NCBI GenBank assembly: GCA_023300255.1
Contig: JALZWC010000121.1
Location: 1 to 25,282 of the forward strand
DNA length: 25,282 nt
DNA from: Saprospiraceae bacterium
GTDB taxonomy: Bacteria > Bacteroidota > Bacteroidia > Chitinophagales > Saprospiraceae
Direction: 5' to 3'
The notes under the pieces are model-generated. The model made no database searches. It was not told the origin of the DNA and saw nothing but the letters and a program-made list of their open reading frames with translations. Below, in pieces: positions 9,201-18,280 of the stretch (position 1 is the stretch's first letter; every line of letters starts with the position of its first letter). A program made the position numbers and the translations under genes.

Positions 9201-9752
9201 CTATTTCTGCGTTACCGTTAATAACTCTAGTTCAAATGCTAATACCGTATATGGGGGTATTTTATCTGGAAACCCCTTTTCTCCATAGGCTAAAGCCGAA
9301 GGTATCAAAAATAAAGCTTTAGCACCAGGGCGCATTAATTCTAATCCTTCATTCCACCCATCAACCATGTTTCCGATATAAAATTCCATTGGCTTTCCTC
9401 TCTTATACGAGGTATCAAAAACTTGTCCGTCCAAGGTATATCCTTTATAATTAACGCTTACCCAGTCTCCCCACTTAGCTATATCTCCATTTCCCGACTC
9501 AATCATTTGATAATATAATCCAGAAGGCGTTGATTCTACCTCGATTCCTTGATCCATCACGTAGTTTATAATCGTGTTCTTATCTTTTTCAGCTTGGGTG
9601 CTTGGATTCGCAATTAATTCAGAAGCTAAAGAGAAAAGTAAATTGTCTTCATCTGCTGATTTTTTTACTTCTATTTTTGTTGTTGGGACTGGTTTGGCTG
9701 GCCCACAAGCTAGGAGAGATAGAGATAATAGATAGAGGGTTATACGAAGCAT
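9201..9752 (-). CDS. FKBP-type peptidyl-prolyl cis-trans isomerase, predicted lipoprotein
   Basis: SGLYY, VNYKG.TLDG.VFDTS, GWNEGL, IPSALAYG and IPPYTVL.FELEL motifs; lipobox LLAC at residue 16 from ATG 9752. The track start at 9821 lies inside repeat A3. Confidence 0.88.
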   Translation of the reverse strand: MLRITLYLLSLSLLACGPAKPVPTTKIEVKKSADEDNLLFSLASELIANPSTQAEKDKNTIINYVMDQGIEVESTPSGLYYQMIESGNGDIAKWGDWVSVNYKGYTLDGQVFDTSYKRGKPMEFYIGNMVDGWNEGLELMRPGAKALFLIPSALAYGEKGFPDKIPPYTVLAFELELLTVTQK

Positions 9753-9791
9753 AGTTAATTTATTATAACGTACATGAATGAAGCTAGTAAT

Positions 9792-9864
9792 TTTTAACCA
9801 CATAGTGTACATAGGGCACATAGTTTTGCCTTGCTATGTGTCCTATGTACCTATGTGGTTAAAA
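9792..9864. repeat. Palindromic element family A, copy 3
   Basis: ttttaaccacatag ... ctatgtggttaaaa perfect 14-bp terminal inverted repeat, three CATAG units per arm. Confidence 0.9.
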
Positions 9865-9883
9865 TACATCGCTTCATGGTAAT

Positions 9884-9923
9884 AAAAAACGCCCTTCCTC
9901 GTGATCGAGAAAGGGCGCTTTTT
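9884..9923 (-). terminator. Intrinsic terminator of ftsH (potentially bidirectional)
   Basis: Stem cgcccttcctcg/cgagaaagggcg with a 4-nt loop and A/T runs on both sides, about 20 nt after the ftsH stop. Confidence 0.8.
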
Positions 9924-9944
9924 ATACTTTAGTCTGTTAGTATC

Positions 9945-11927
9945 TTAGACATCCGCAGTAGTTACACCGTTCTCGCTTGCCTTATCCGCCGCTTTAGCCG
10001 CCGCCTTCTCTGCTGCAGCTGCAGCTTGATGTGCGCCAGGGCCAATCAAACGTTCTACGTCAGATTTTAATAACACTTCCTTATCTAATAATTGTTTAGC
10101 AAGTGCCTCCAATTCTGTAGCTCGTTCTTTTAAAAGTGCCTTTGCTCGAATGTATTGAGATTCGATTAATATACGAACTTCTTCATCAATCAATTTAGCG
10201 GTATCATCTGAATACGGTTTGCTAAATTGATCTTGCTGCATACCATGAAATGATACATTACCTACTTTTTCATTCATACCATAAATGGCAATCATACCGT
10301 AAGCCATTTTCGTCACTTGATCCAAATCACTTTGTGCACCTGTAGATATTTTATCGAAAATGTTAGACTCGGCAGCTCTACCACCTAGCGTCATACACAT
10401 TCTATCTAGCAATTGTTCTGTCCGAGTAATGTATTCTTCCTTTGGAAGATATTGAGCATAGCCCAAAGTCCCCACGCCCCTAGGAACAATTGTTACTTTT
10501 ACTAATGGAGAAGCATGCTCTAAAAACCAACCACAGATTGCATGACCTGCTTCGTGGTAAGCAATGATTTCTTTTTCCTTTGGAGAAATTAACTTATTCT
10601 TCTTTTCTAAACCACCAATCACTCTATCCAAAGCATAATTGAAATCATCTAAATTTACTTCCGTCTTATCTCTACGTGCAGCAACTAATGCCGCTTCATT
10701 ACAAACATTTGCAATTTCTGCTCCTGCAAAACCAGGCGTCATCTCTGCTAATACATCTGCCTTAATATCTGAACCTGTCTTAATTTTCTTTAAGTGAACC
10801 TTGAAAATCGCTTCTCTACCTTTTAAATCTGGTCGATCAATACCAATCTGGCGATCAAAACGTCCCGGTCTTAATAAGGCATTATCTAGTACATCAGGTC
10901 GGTTAGTTGCCGCCATTAGGATCACTCCTTTATCGGTGCTAAAACCATCCATTTCTACTAACAACTGATTCAAGGTATTTTCTCTTTCATCATTTCCACC
11001 TTGCATCGCACCTTTCCCTCTTGCTCGACCAATCGCATCAATCTCATCAATAAAGACAATACATGGTGCTTTTTCTCTAGCCTGCTTGAATAAATCTCTT
11101 ACTCTAGAAGCACCTACCCCAACAAACATTTCTACGAAATCAGAACCAGAGATAGAGAAAAATGGTACTCCTGCTTCTCCTGCTACTGCTTTCGCTAATA
11201 AAGTCTTACCAGTACCGGGAGGGCCTACTAGTAAAACTCCTTTTGGTATTTTACCACCTAAAGCAGTGTATTTTTTTGGATGTTTTAAGAAGTCTACCAC
11301 TTCCATTACTTCCACTTTTGCTTCATCTAAACCCGCTACATCTTGGAACGTAACATTTACTTTGGATTTACTATTATCAAACAAGGTAGCCTTAGATTTT
11401 CCAATATTGAAAATCTGAGAACCAGCACCACCGGCACCGCCACCAACTCGCCTCATAATAAATATCCAAATACCAATGATAATCAACAAAGGAAGTATCC
11501 AACTAAGAATGGGCGTTACCCAATCTTCTTGATTTTTATATTTTATACCAAATTGATCTTCCCCAGGCAAATCCTCATGTAACCCCTGAAGGTCTTTTGC
11601 GAATGTTTCTGCAAAGCCAATATTGAAAACATAATGAGGTCGATCACCAAATTTGCTCTTAGAAGCATCCTTGTATTTTTCTGCTGACAAGCGATCCGTC
11701 TTTAGGAAAACATGTGCGTAGGTTTTATTTACTACGTCTACCTTCTCCACAGCACCATCCTTTGCCATCTCTTTGAATCGCAACCAATCAATCTCCTTAT
11801 TTCCAACACTAGACACATTGAAGAGCTGTAATGCAATTAGGAACAACGCAATCATTCCATAAATCCAATAGGAATTGAATTTTGGGCCTGAAGGTTTTCC
11901 ATCTGAATCATTTCGATTATCTTCCAT
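9945..11927 (-). CDS. ftsH: ATP-dependent zinc metalloprotease FtsH
   Basis: Two transmembrane segments, [23 protein letters not shown] and HEAGH. Confidence 0.97.
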   Translation of the reverse strand: MEDNRNDSDGKPSGPKFNSYWIYGMIALFLIALQLFNVSSVGNKEIDWLRFKEMAKDGAVEKVDVVNKTYAHVFLKTDRLSAEKYKDASKSKFGDRPHYVFNIGFAETFAKDLQGLHEDLPGEDQFGIKYKNQEDWVTPILSWILPLLIIIGIWIFIMRRVGGGAGGAGSQIFNIGKSKATLFDNSKSKVNVTFQDVAGLDEAKVEVMEVVDFLKHPKKYTALGGKIPKGVLLVGPPGTGKTLLAKAVAGEAGVPFFSISGSDFVEMFVGVGASRVRDLFKQAREKAPCIVFIDEIDAIGRARGKGAMQGGNDERENTLNQLLVEMDGFSTDKGVILMAATNRPDVLDNALLRPGRFDRQIGIDRPDLKGREAIFKVHLKKIKTGSDIKADVLAEMTPGFAGAEIANVCNEAALVAARRDKTEVNLDDFNYALDRVIGGLEKKNKLISPKEKEIIAYHEAGHAICGWFLEHASPLVKVTIVPRGVGTLGYAQYLPKEEYITRTEQLLDRMCMTLGGRAAESNIFDKISTGAQSDLDQVTKMAYGMIAIYGMNEKVGNVSFHGMQQDQFSKPYSDDTAKLIDEEVRILIESQYIRAKALLKERATELEALAKQLLDKEVLLKSDVERLIGPGAHQAAAAAEKAAAKAADKASENGVTTADV

Positions 11928-11983
11928 TATAATTTATTCTTATCGTTTTTAGTACCTTTTCAAAACCATGTAGGTTTTATAAA

Positions 11984-12100
11984 AGAGAAGCGAGAGCAGA
12001 AATGTGTTTCGTTTAAACCTGCCTGACAGGGGCACGTAGACAGGAATAGATGATAATTCATTGTTTTTTAAACGAAATAAATCTCTGCTTTTGCTTCTCT
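11984..12100. repeat. Long imperfect palindrome between rsfS and ftsH with a nested CCTGCCTG...CAGG element
   Basis: Arms agagaagcgagagcagaaatgtgtttcgtttaaa and tttaaacgaaataaatctctgcttttgcttctct; internal 12018-12044 cctgcctgacagg...gacagg. Confidence 0.65.
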
Positions 12101-12187
12101 ACTTTGTATAGTGAATTTATTAATATAATTCACCTAATTTAATTCTTGAAAATAACTTCTAAATCAAAGGATTTATTATAACACTTT

Positions 12188-12571
12188 TTACAGGTTTGTA
12201 TATTCTGTTATTTTAGCATCACTCCATAAGTCCTCCAATTCATAAAAAGCTCTTTTTTCTGGATGAAATATATGGACCATAGTGGTAAAGTAATCTACTA
12301 AGACCCAAAATCCACCTTGTTTACCTTCTATATGAGATGGAGCACCTCCTAGTTCTTCCTTAATTACTTTTTGTATATTAGAAGCGATGGCATTTACCTG
12401 TGTGGTAGATTCGCCTTCACATATAATAAAGAAGTCAGTTGGTGCCTCTCCTAATTCTCTTAAATCTAACTTGATGATATTTTGACCTTTAATGTCTTGG
12501 ATAGCGTCAATGATTAGATCATTTAGTTCTTGGGAGGAGTGCTTAATTGTACTTAATTGTGCTTGATTCAA
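12188..12571 (-). CDS. rsfS: Ribosome silencing factor RsfS
   Basis: DAIQDIKG, FIICEG.S..QV.AI, WVLVDY, VHIF...R.FY.LE.LW.D; TTG start. Confidence 0.93.
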   Translation of the reverse strand: MNQAQLSTIKHSSQELNDLIIDAIQDIKGQNIIKLDLRELGEAPTDFFIICEGESTTQVNAIASNIQKVIKEELGGAPSHIEGKQGGFWVLVDYFTTMVHIFHPEKRAFYELEDLWSDAKITEYTNL

Positions 12572-12831
12572 ATGATTGATTTATTGTTTACATAAACTGT
12601 GAATCTTCACAGCAGTTTCATTCAATTTCGTCTTTTATATTGAATAATCCCACCATTACTAAAGAGGAACTTAAAATAAGTAGCTCGCAATCTGTAAAAT
12701 TACAAAAAAAATACACGTAACTTCCGTTCTTCTTACCAAATGGCATTCAATTTTTTGCTATTTGTTGTATTTTTTTGACATTATTGCTTGTATTTATAAA
12801 AATACTAGTTAAAACTTATAAAACACCTCAA

Positions 12832-13596
12832 TTGAATTCCATAGATAACACTGTTTTTATAGGAAAGGTTCTATTTTCTTTAGAACGAATTGCTTCTACC
12901 AACCTATATGCACTCGATTTATTAGACGAAGAAAAGCCTATTGAAGGAACAATTGTGGTAGCCCATGATCAATATGCTGGTCGCGGACAGGTAAATAAGC
13001 ATTGGGAGAGTGAGCCTGGCAAAAACTTAACCTGTAGTATTATTCTATATCCTGACTTTCTTCCCGCTCGACAGCAGTTTGTATTGAGTCAGATTGTTGC
13101 GCTTAGTATAGCCGATACTTTAAGGTCTTTTATCCCCGATGGGGTGAAGATTAAATGGCCAAATGATCTATATATTTTCGATAAAAAAATCACTGGCACC
13201 TTAATACAGAATGCACTACAAGGATCAACCATTAAATCTACTGTCATTGGCATTGGTTTGAATGTCAATCAAATAAATTTTATAAGCGCTGCTCCTAACC
13301 CAACTTCTATTTATCTGGAAACGAATAAAGTTGTTGATCTACATATCGTCCTAACTAAATTTTGCCAAAGCTTAGAAAAATGGTATCTAAAATTGAAAGC
13401 TGGTAAAGTGGAGGAGATTCAGACTGCTTACTTCAATCAGCTCTTTCGAAGAAATGAAATACATAGTTACCGACGACCTGATGGTCGTATCTTTTCTGGC
13501 CGTATCCAAGGAACAAACGCAATTGGACAATTAGTCGTTGCTACGGAAGAAGGAGAGGAGCTGTTTTCGCTGAAAGAAATTGGGTATGTTTTGTAG
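12832..13596 (+). CDS. birA: Biotin--[acetyl-CoA-carboxylase] ligase (no N-terminal HTH)
   Basis: STN, Q.AGRGQ...W, IKWPND, KITGTL and GIGLNVN motifs. The start is uncertain: TTG 12832 is preferred, the track gives 12775. Confidence 0.9.
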   Translation: MNSIDNTVFIGKVLFSLERIASTNLYALDLLDEEKPIEGTIVVAHDQYAGRGQVNKHWESEPGKNLTCSIILYPDFLPARQQFVLSQIVALSIADTLRSFIPDGVKIKWPNDLYIFDKKITGTLIQNALQGSTIKSTVIGIGLNVNQINFISAAPNPTSIYLETNKVVDLHIVLTKFCQSLEKWYLKLKAGKVEEIQTAYFNQLFRRNEIHSYRRPDGRIFSGRIQGTNAIGQLVVATEEGEELFSLKEIGYVL

Positions 13597-13635
13597 CATA
13601 TCGCTTGGAAAAAGCTAATTTGTATATACTTAAGC

Positions 13636-13765
13636 ATCGACTAAAGCCAATGTTAATTTTGAACGCAGAGACGCAAAGATGCAGAGTTTTGGATTTTTTC
13701 TACGAAAAAATCTCTGCACCTCTGCACCTCTGCGTTCAATTTTTTTTTCATTGGCGAAAGCCGAT
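13636..13765. repeat. Palindromic element family B (AACGCAGAG octamer arms) with outer ATTGGC-N4-GCCAAT-type mini-hairpins, copy 1
   Basis: Core 13659-13739: ttgaacgcagag-acgcaaag-atgcagag ... ctctgcac-ctctgcac-ctctgcgttcaa. Flanks atcgactaaagccaat and attggcgaaagccgat. Confidence 0.85.
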
Positions 13766-13831
13766 AGGCTTTATTCTATTTTTGATTAAATACTCTATGG
13801 AGAAAATGCCTACACGAAAAATGCTAATCAA

Positions 13832-14773
13832 CTATCTCCGTCCCACCATCCGTATTCGCTGTAATAATTTTTGAGAATATTCTGGCTTGGCATTAATAAA
13901 GAATACACCTGTTAGCATAATGGCCGCAGCCAGTATAGATTGAGAAGTGATGATTTCGTCTCGAAAAGACCAACCTAGAAACATAGCGACTATTGGATTA
14001 ACATAAGTACTAGTAGATACTTTATCCGGAGAGACTTCTGACAGTAAAAAATTGAAAGCAGAAAAAGCTATAATAGAACCAAATATAATTAAATAGATCA
14101 TCGCCAAATAAGTAACGTTCTGTAACTCGAACCAATTTACCTGCATTGGGTTTTCTAAAAAAGAACTTACTATTAATAAGAAAATACCTCCTATAATCAT
14201 TTGTAAGGAACTACTAGTCATTTTTGATTTAGGCATATCTGCAGTTCCTAAAAATAAGGAACCATATCCCCAAGAGAACATACTGACAAATATAGCTAAT
14301 ACCCCTTTCCATTGATTCGGATTAGCCACTAATGTTTTTTGACTGACTAGTAAATACATACCGATCATTCCAAATAGAATTCCCACGTAGGCTTGCTTAT
14401 GAGGTTTCTTTCCTTGTACTCCCCACATCATAAACAAGATTAATAAGGGTTGTCCTGAAATGATTAATGCGGTAAACCCAGAATCTATAAATTGTAATCC
14501 CCAAAAAACAAAGCCACCGCCAATCCCCAACATTAATACGCCTGCAAAAAGGGTATTCAATAATTGCTTTTGCGTCATTGGCTGGTACTTTCCTACCAGA
14601 AAGGTCATAGCCAACAATAATAAGCCTGCCGTTCCATATCGAGAACCTGCCATTAAAAAAGGAGGTAGCTCGTCCATTGCAAACGCCGAAAAAAGATAAG
14701 TGGAGCCCCATATAATGTAGATGGCTGCAAAGGAACCTATGATTAATAATTTGTGCTTGTCGAACGTTGGCAT
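13832..14773 (-). CDS. EamA/DMT family transporter
   Basis: About 10 hydrophobic segments; IYIIWGSTY, YVNPIVA.FLG motifs. Confidence 0.9.
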   Translation of the reverse strand: MPTFDKHKLLIIGSFAAIYIIWGSTYLFSAFAMDELPPFLMAGSRYGTAGLLLLAMTFLVGKYQPMTQKQLLNTLFAGVLMLGIGGGFVFWGLQFIDSGFTALIISGQPLLILFMMWGVQGKKPHKQAYVGILFGMIGMYLLVSQKTLVANPNQWKGVLAIFVSMFSWGYGSLFLGTADMPKSKMTSSSLQMIIGGIFLLIVSSFLENPMQVNWFELQNVTYLAMIYLIIFGSIIAFSAFNFLLSEVSPDKVSTSTYVNPIVAMFLGWSFRDEIITSQSILAAAIMLTGVFFINAKPEYSQKLLQRIRMVGRR

Positions 14774-14807
14774 GTATTGGTAGTAGGTTGTAACTTGAAA
14801 ATAGTTG

Positions 14808-14815
14808 CAAAAATA
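14808..14815 (-). promoter_or_regulatory. Putative -7 promoter element of the EamA gene
   Basis: TATTTTTG 35 nt upstream of the start; -33 element weak. Confidence 0.45.
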
Positions 14816-14954
14816 GCTTAAACGGCTATCATAAATGAGGTTGGTTGCAATTTAAAAGCTACATAACTTTATAAAGGGCTATATAGTTCCGAATAGGGCT
14901 TAAAAAGATTTAATAAACAATAATTGAGGTAGGTAGCAGAGCTATATACTCATA

Positions 14955-14987
14955 TTGTAAGATGTTAAAACTAATTGATTATATTTG
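14955..14987 (+). promoter_or_regulatory. Putative promoter of the HTH/ParB-ATPase/TOPRIM islet
   Basis: TATATTTG at 14980-14987 and TTG at 14955-14957 (22-nt spacer, slightly long). Confidence 0.45.
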
Positions 14988-15000
14988 GTGATAATTACCA

Positions 15001-15179
15001 ATAAAAGTTAAGCCGATTTTAGATAAAAAAGGATTAACTCAGCCTTGGTTAGCAACCAAACTAAACTTATAACATAGTTATAATAAAATATAAGGTAATC
15101 AAATGTAGGAGTGTTATTTAAATTTACTAAAATACTAGATTCGAGAGCTAAAGATTTAATTAAAAAAAGGAAAAAATAG
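15001..15179 (+). pseudogene. Decayed XRE/Cro-type helix-turn-helix regulator
   Basis: One frame reads IKVKPILDKKGLTQPWLATKLNL*HSYNKI*GNQ; a second frame from 15111 reads VLFKFTKILDSRAKDLIKKRKK*. Together they resemble small Bacteroidota HTH proteins of the IKEVL..KG..Q.WLA..LGKSYN...QP....L..IA.IL.V...DLI type, with stops and a frameshift. Confidence 0.6.
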
Positions 15180-15190
15180 ATCTTGAAAAT

Positions 15191-17335
15191 ATGAATAAAG
15201 ATAAAGATAAATATATAGTAAAACATATTGATCGATTGTTATTAGATCCTAATAATTATAGGTTTATTGATAATAAAGACTATCGTTCTATTACTATCTC
15301 AGAAATTGGAGATCCAAGAATACAACAGAGAACACGTAATTTCTTAATAGGAAAAAATGAAGAAGGAATCAGTGATCTAATTACCAGTTTTAAAACTAAT
15401 GGTATTTTAAAACTTGACCCTATACAAGTAAGAGAAATTCCTAAAAGTAAGAACTTCATTGTTATAGAGGGTAATCGTCGTACCGCAGCTCTAAAATATT
15501 TATATGAGGAATTTGAAAAAAATAATGATGTAGGTAAACTTACTGGAGAAAATTTTAAAAGTGTAGACGTTATATTGGTTTCTGATGAAAGTCCTATTCA
15601 GCACTTGATCACAATGGGACTACACCACATAAGTGGGAAGAGGAAATGGAGTTCAGTTAATCAAGCGCAGTTAATTCATGATTTGCGCCATAAACACAGT
15701 ATGAGTGAGGAGAAAATTTGTAGTGCCCTCTCTATTAACAAACATAGCCTTCGGAGAAGTCTTCGTACACTTGCACTTATAGAGAGGTATAAATTAAGTG
15801 ACTATGGCGACCAATTTCAAACCAATAGATATGCAATATTCCAAGAGATTGTTACCAGAGTTGAAATGAAAGATTGGTTAAATTGGAATGAGGCAAATTA
15901 CCGAGCAGACAATAGAATGAATGAAGAAAAATTATTTTCATGGATTTCATTTGAAGAATTTATTGATATAGATGAATATGATGCAAAAGAAACCAAAACG
16001 ATTAAAGAGCCCATTATTACAAAAAGCCATGAAATAAGAGAACTATCAAAATTTATTCACGATAAAGAAGCTATTGAACAAATGGTAGAGTCTAGAAGTA
16101 TTACTGCTGGATTTGCTATTAGTGATGCAGTCGGTGCTTCTCGTTTACAAAAAGCGATTGAAAATATTGAAAAAGAAGTTCAAGCAGCATTTAGCTTTAG
16201 TGAATATTTAGATAATGAAAATTACTATAAAGTAGCAATACTAAGAGATAAACTAGATAGACTAATTCCAAGCAGTAAAAATCTTGGAGAACTTTCACAA
16301 AATAATTTATCTAAATATTTCACGAAAATTAATACTCACTTCACAAGGGTTACCGTTAAAAAATATCGAAAACTTATTAACCTTAATGTAGAACGATTGA
16401 CAAGAGTCAATATAATAGTAGGAGGAAACAATGCTGGTAAAACTTCCCTTATCGAGGTTTTTTATCTATTAACTCGATTAAATAATATCCCATCATTGAT
16501 AGAATTGGAAAAGTATCGAGGACGATTTTATGATCAATTTCATACAAAATGGTTTGATAAGCTTTTTATTGATAGAATTGAAATCGAAAGTATATTCAAT
16601 AATACTCCAATAATTCTTTCAATAGAAAAATTAGAAACGGATGAGAATATAGATAAAAGCCAGTACCTTAATTCAATCACATCAAATGCTATAATCAACG
16701 GGGACGAATTAGAAAGTACTATACATCTATTTAGTAATAAAGAACCAGAACTATATTTTCAAAAAAGCCAATTTATGTGTGAAGCTACTTTTAGTAGCCC
16801 TTATCGTTACAATGGTGCTTTACTAAAAAAAGCTCATGCACGAGCTGTTGAGAATCAATATTTAGATGAAATTATTCAATTTATACAAGATAAATTAGAT
16901 GCTCGTATTCAGAAAATAGAGATGATAAGTATTGAAGACGAAAGTCGTTTTATGGTAAGTTCAACAAATCTTAATCACGCCATAGATATTACAAAATACG
17001 GAGAGGGACTTCAGCGAGTATTTGAAATAGCTTTGTTAATGGGGTATAGTAGAAATGGGATTATATGCATAGATGAACTGGATAGTGCCATACATAAAAA
17101 TTTACTACGTGATTTTACTGAATTTATACAAGCTGCGGCTGTAAAATTTAATGTACAAGTTTTTTTAACTACTCATAGTAAAGAATGTATAGATGCTTTT
17201 GTGGAGAATAACTATCCAGACGATGAATTGACCGCTTTTGCTTTGAGCGAAGAAAATGGTAATGTTGTTTGCAAGCACCTTACAGGAAATAAACTCAAGC
17301 AACTAGTTGATTCGATAAATATTGATATTCGATAA
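15191..17335 (+). CDS. ParB/Srx-like N-terminal domain fused to an ABC-class (AAA_15/AAA_21-like) ATPase
   Basis: N-terminal LLLDPNNYRF, IEGNRR (93-97), HISGKRKW and an HTH-like segment. C-terminal Walker A GGNNAGKT (411-418), degenerate signature YGEG, Walker B IDELD and H-loop TTHS. Confidence 0.78.
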   Translation: MNKDKDKYIVKHIDRLLLDPNNYRFIDNKDYRSITISEIGDPRIQQRTRNFLIGKNEEGISDLITSFKTNGILKLDPIQVREIPKSKNFIVIEGNRRTAALKYLYEEFEKNNDVGKLTGENFKSVDVILVSDESPIQHLITMGLHHISGKRKWSSVNQAQLIHDLRHKHSMSEEKICSALSINKHSLRRSLRTLALIERYKLSDYGDQFQTNRYAIFQEIVTRVEMKDWLNWNEANYRADNRMNEEKLFSWISFEEFIDIDEYDAKETKTIKEPIITKSHEIRELSKFIHDKEAIEQMVESRSITAGFAISDAVGASRLQKAIENIEKEVQAAFSFSEYLDNENYYKVAILRDKLDRLIPSSKNLGELSQNNLSKYFTKINTHFTRVTVKKYRKLINLNVERLTRVNIIVGGNNAGKTSLIEVFYLLTRLNNIPSLIELEKYRGRFYDQFHTKWFDKLFIDRIEIESIFNNTPIILSIEKLETDENIDKSQYLNSITSNAIINGDELESTIHLFSNKEPELYFQKSQFMCEATFSSPYRYNGALLKKAHARAVENQYLDEIIQFIQDKLDARIQKIEMISIEDESRFMVSSTNLNHAIDITKYGEGLQRVFEIALLMGYSRNGIICIDELDSAIHKNLLRDFTEFIQAAAVKFNVQVFLTTHSKECIDAFVENNYPDDELTAFALSEENGNVVCKHLTGNKLKQLVDSINIDIR

Positions 17336-17340
17336 ATTTT

Positions 17341-18231
17341 ATGACACAAATAATTACAATCTTCTGCGAAGGCCCTCATGATGTTGCATTTATTTATCGA
17401 ATGCTAAAATCAATAAGTTATGAATCTTACGCCTCCTGTAAAATAGGGAAGTTACCTCCCCCTTTCAATCAATTAATTGCTAATGAAATTGAAAAAAGTG
17501 ATATTAAAAACCTTAATCTTATTGAAGTTAGAAGAGGGTTTTTACCTGCCAAGGTTCTACAAAAAGAAGATAAATATATATTCCTGTATTCACTCGGTGG
17601 AGATAGCAAATCACAAGCTCGACAAAAAATGGTAGGTGATATTCTATCTTTCATTTCTGAGCCAGGAGAAATTAGTGTAATACCAGAAGGAACAAATTTT
17701 TCAGTTATCTACCTTTTTGATTCAGATAATCAAGGAGTTGGTGTTAGATTAAATGCTCTTAACCGAGAAATTAATAGAAGCTTAGGCGCAAAAGGAACAA
17801 TAAATTTTACATCGAATGGTAGTTTTCAAATAAAAAATAAAATTAATTTTGGAGCGTTTATATTTACTGGAACAGATAATGACACTGGAACTTTAGAATC
17901 TATATTACTGCCTTTAATGAAAGAGGGAAACAATACAATATTTGAAGCAGCTAAACATTACATTAGTACAAATCATGACCCTAAGCGTTTATTTTCATTA
18001 AAAACTAGTATAGATCCTACAACTAAGTTAACTATTGAACAAAGAGGTACAAGCTCAAGAGATAGATATAAATTTTATCCATCAAAATCAATTATAGGGA
18101 CTGCTGGACAGTTACAACGTTCTGGTAAATCCAATGTCGTTTGTATAAGTGATTCTGATTATATAACAATTGATAAAATACAACGCAATCCTAAATGTAT
18201 TGAGATAGTGGAATTTTTAAATAAAATTTAA
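17341..18231 (+). CDS. TOPRIM-motif protein (DUF3226-like), putative nuclease partner of the ATPase
   Basis: IFCEGPHD (E10), GGDSK, YLFDSD (D127/D129) and GTLESIL; starts 5 nt after the ATPase stop. Confidence 0.65.
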   Translation: MTQIITIFCEGPHDVAFIYRMLKSISYESYASCKIGKLPPPFNQLIANEIEKSDIKNLNLIEVRRGFLPAKVLQKEDKYIFLYSLGGDSKSQARQKMVGDILSFISEPGEISVIPEGTNFSVIYLFDSDNQGVGVRLNALNREINRSLGAKGTINFTSNGSFQIKNKINFGAFIFTGTDNDTGTLESILLPLMKEGNNTIFEAAKHYISTNHDPKRLFSLKTSIDPTTKLTIEQRGTSSRDRYKFYPSKSIIGTAGQLQRSGKSNVVCISDSDYITIDKIQRNPKCIEIVEFLNKI

Positions 18232-18280
18232 TAAACTAATGCTCTAGGTGTATTGCAACCGCATAGAAAATCTATCCCTT

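Noticed and set aside
9753-9821. N-terminal extension of the FKBP ORF in the track, and a gldI call
   Set aside because: The start lies inside palindrome A3 and the lipoprotein signal begins at 9752; there is not enough evidence to name it gldI.
5059-9864. Family A repeats as a CRISPR array
   Set aside because: Copies are kilobases apart, separated by genes, with no spacers and no cas genes.
9948-10030. Ala/Lys-rich low-complexity C-terminal tail of FtsH
   Set aside because: Variable disordered tails are common in FtsH; no specific signal.
13605-13874. 89-aa ORF between birA and eamA
   Set aside because: It is a translation of palindrome B1 with no protein-like features.
15008-15226. 72-aa minus-strand ORF
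   Set aside because: Low-complexity F/I/Y-rich antisense reading of the HTH remnant and ATPase start.
15191-16300. Chromosome or plasmid partitioning ParB
   Set aside because: No adjacent ParA; the ATPase is ABC-class rather than deviant Walker A; no parS-like palindromes were seen nearby.
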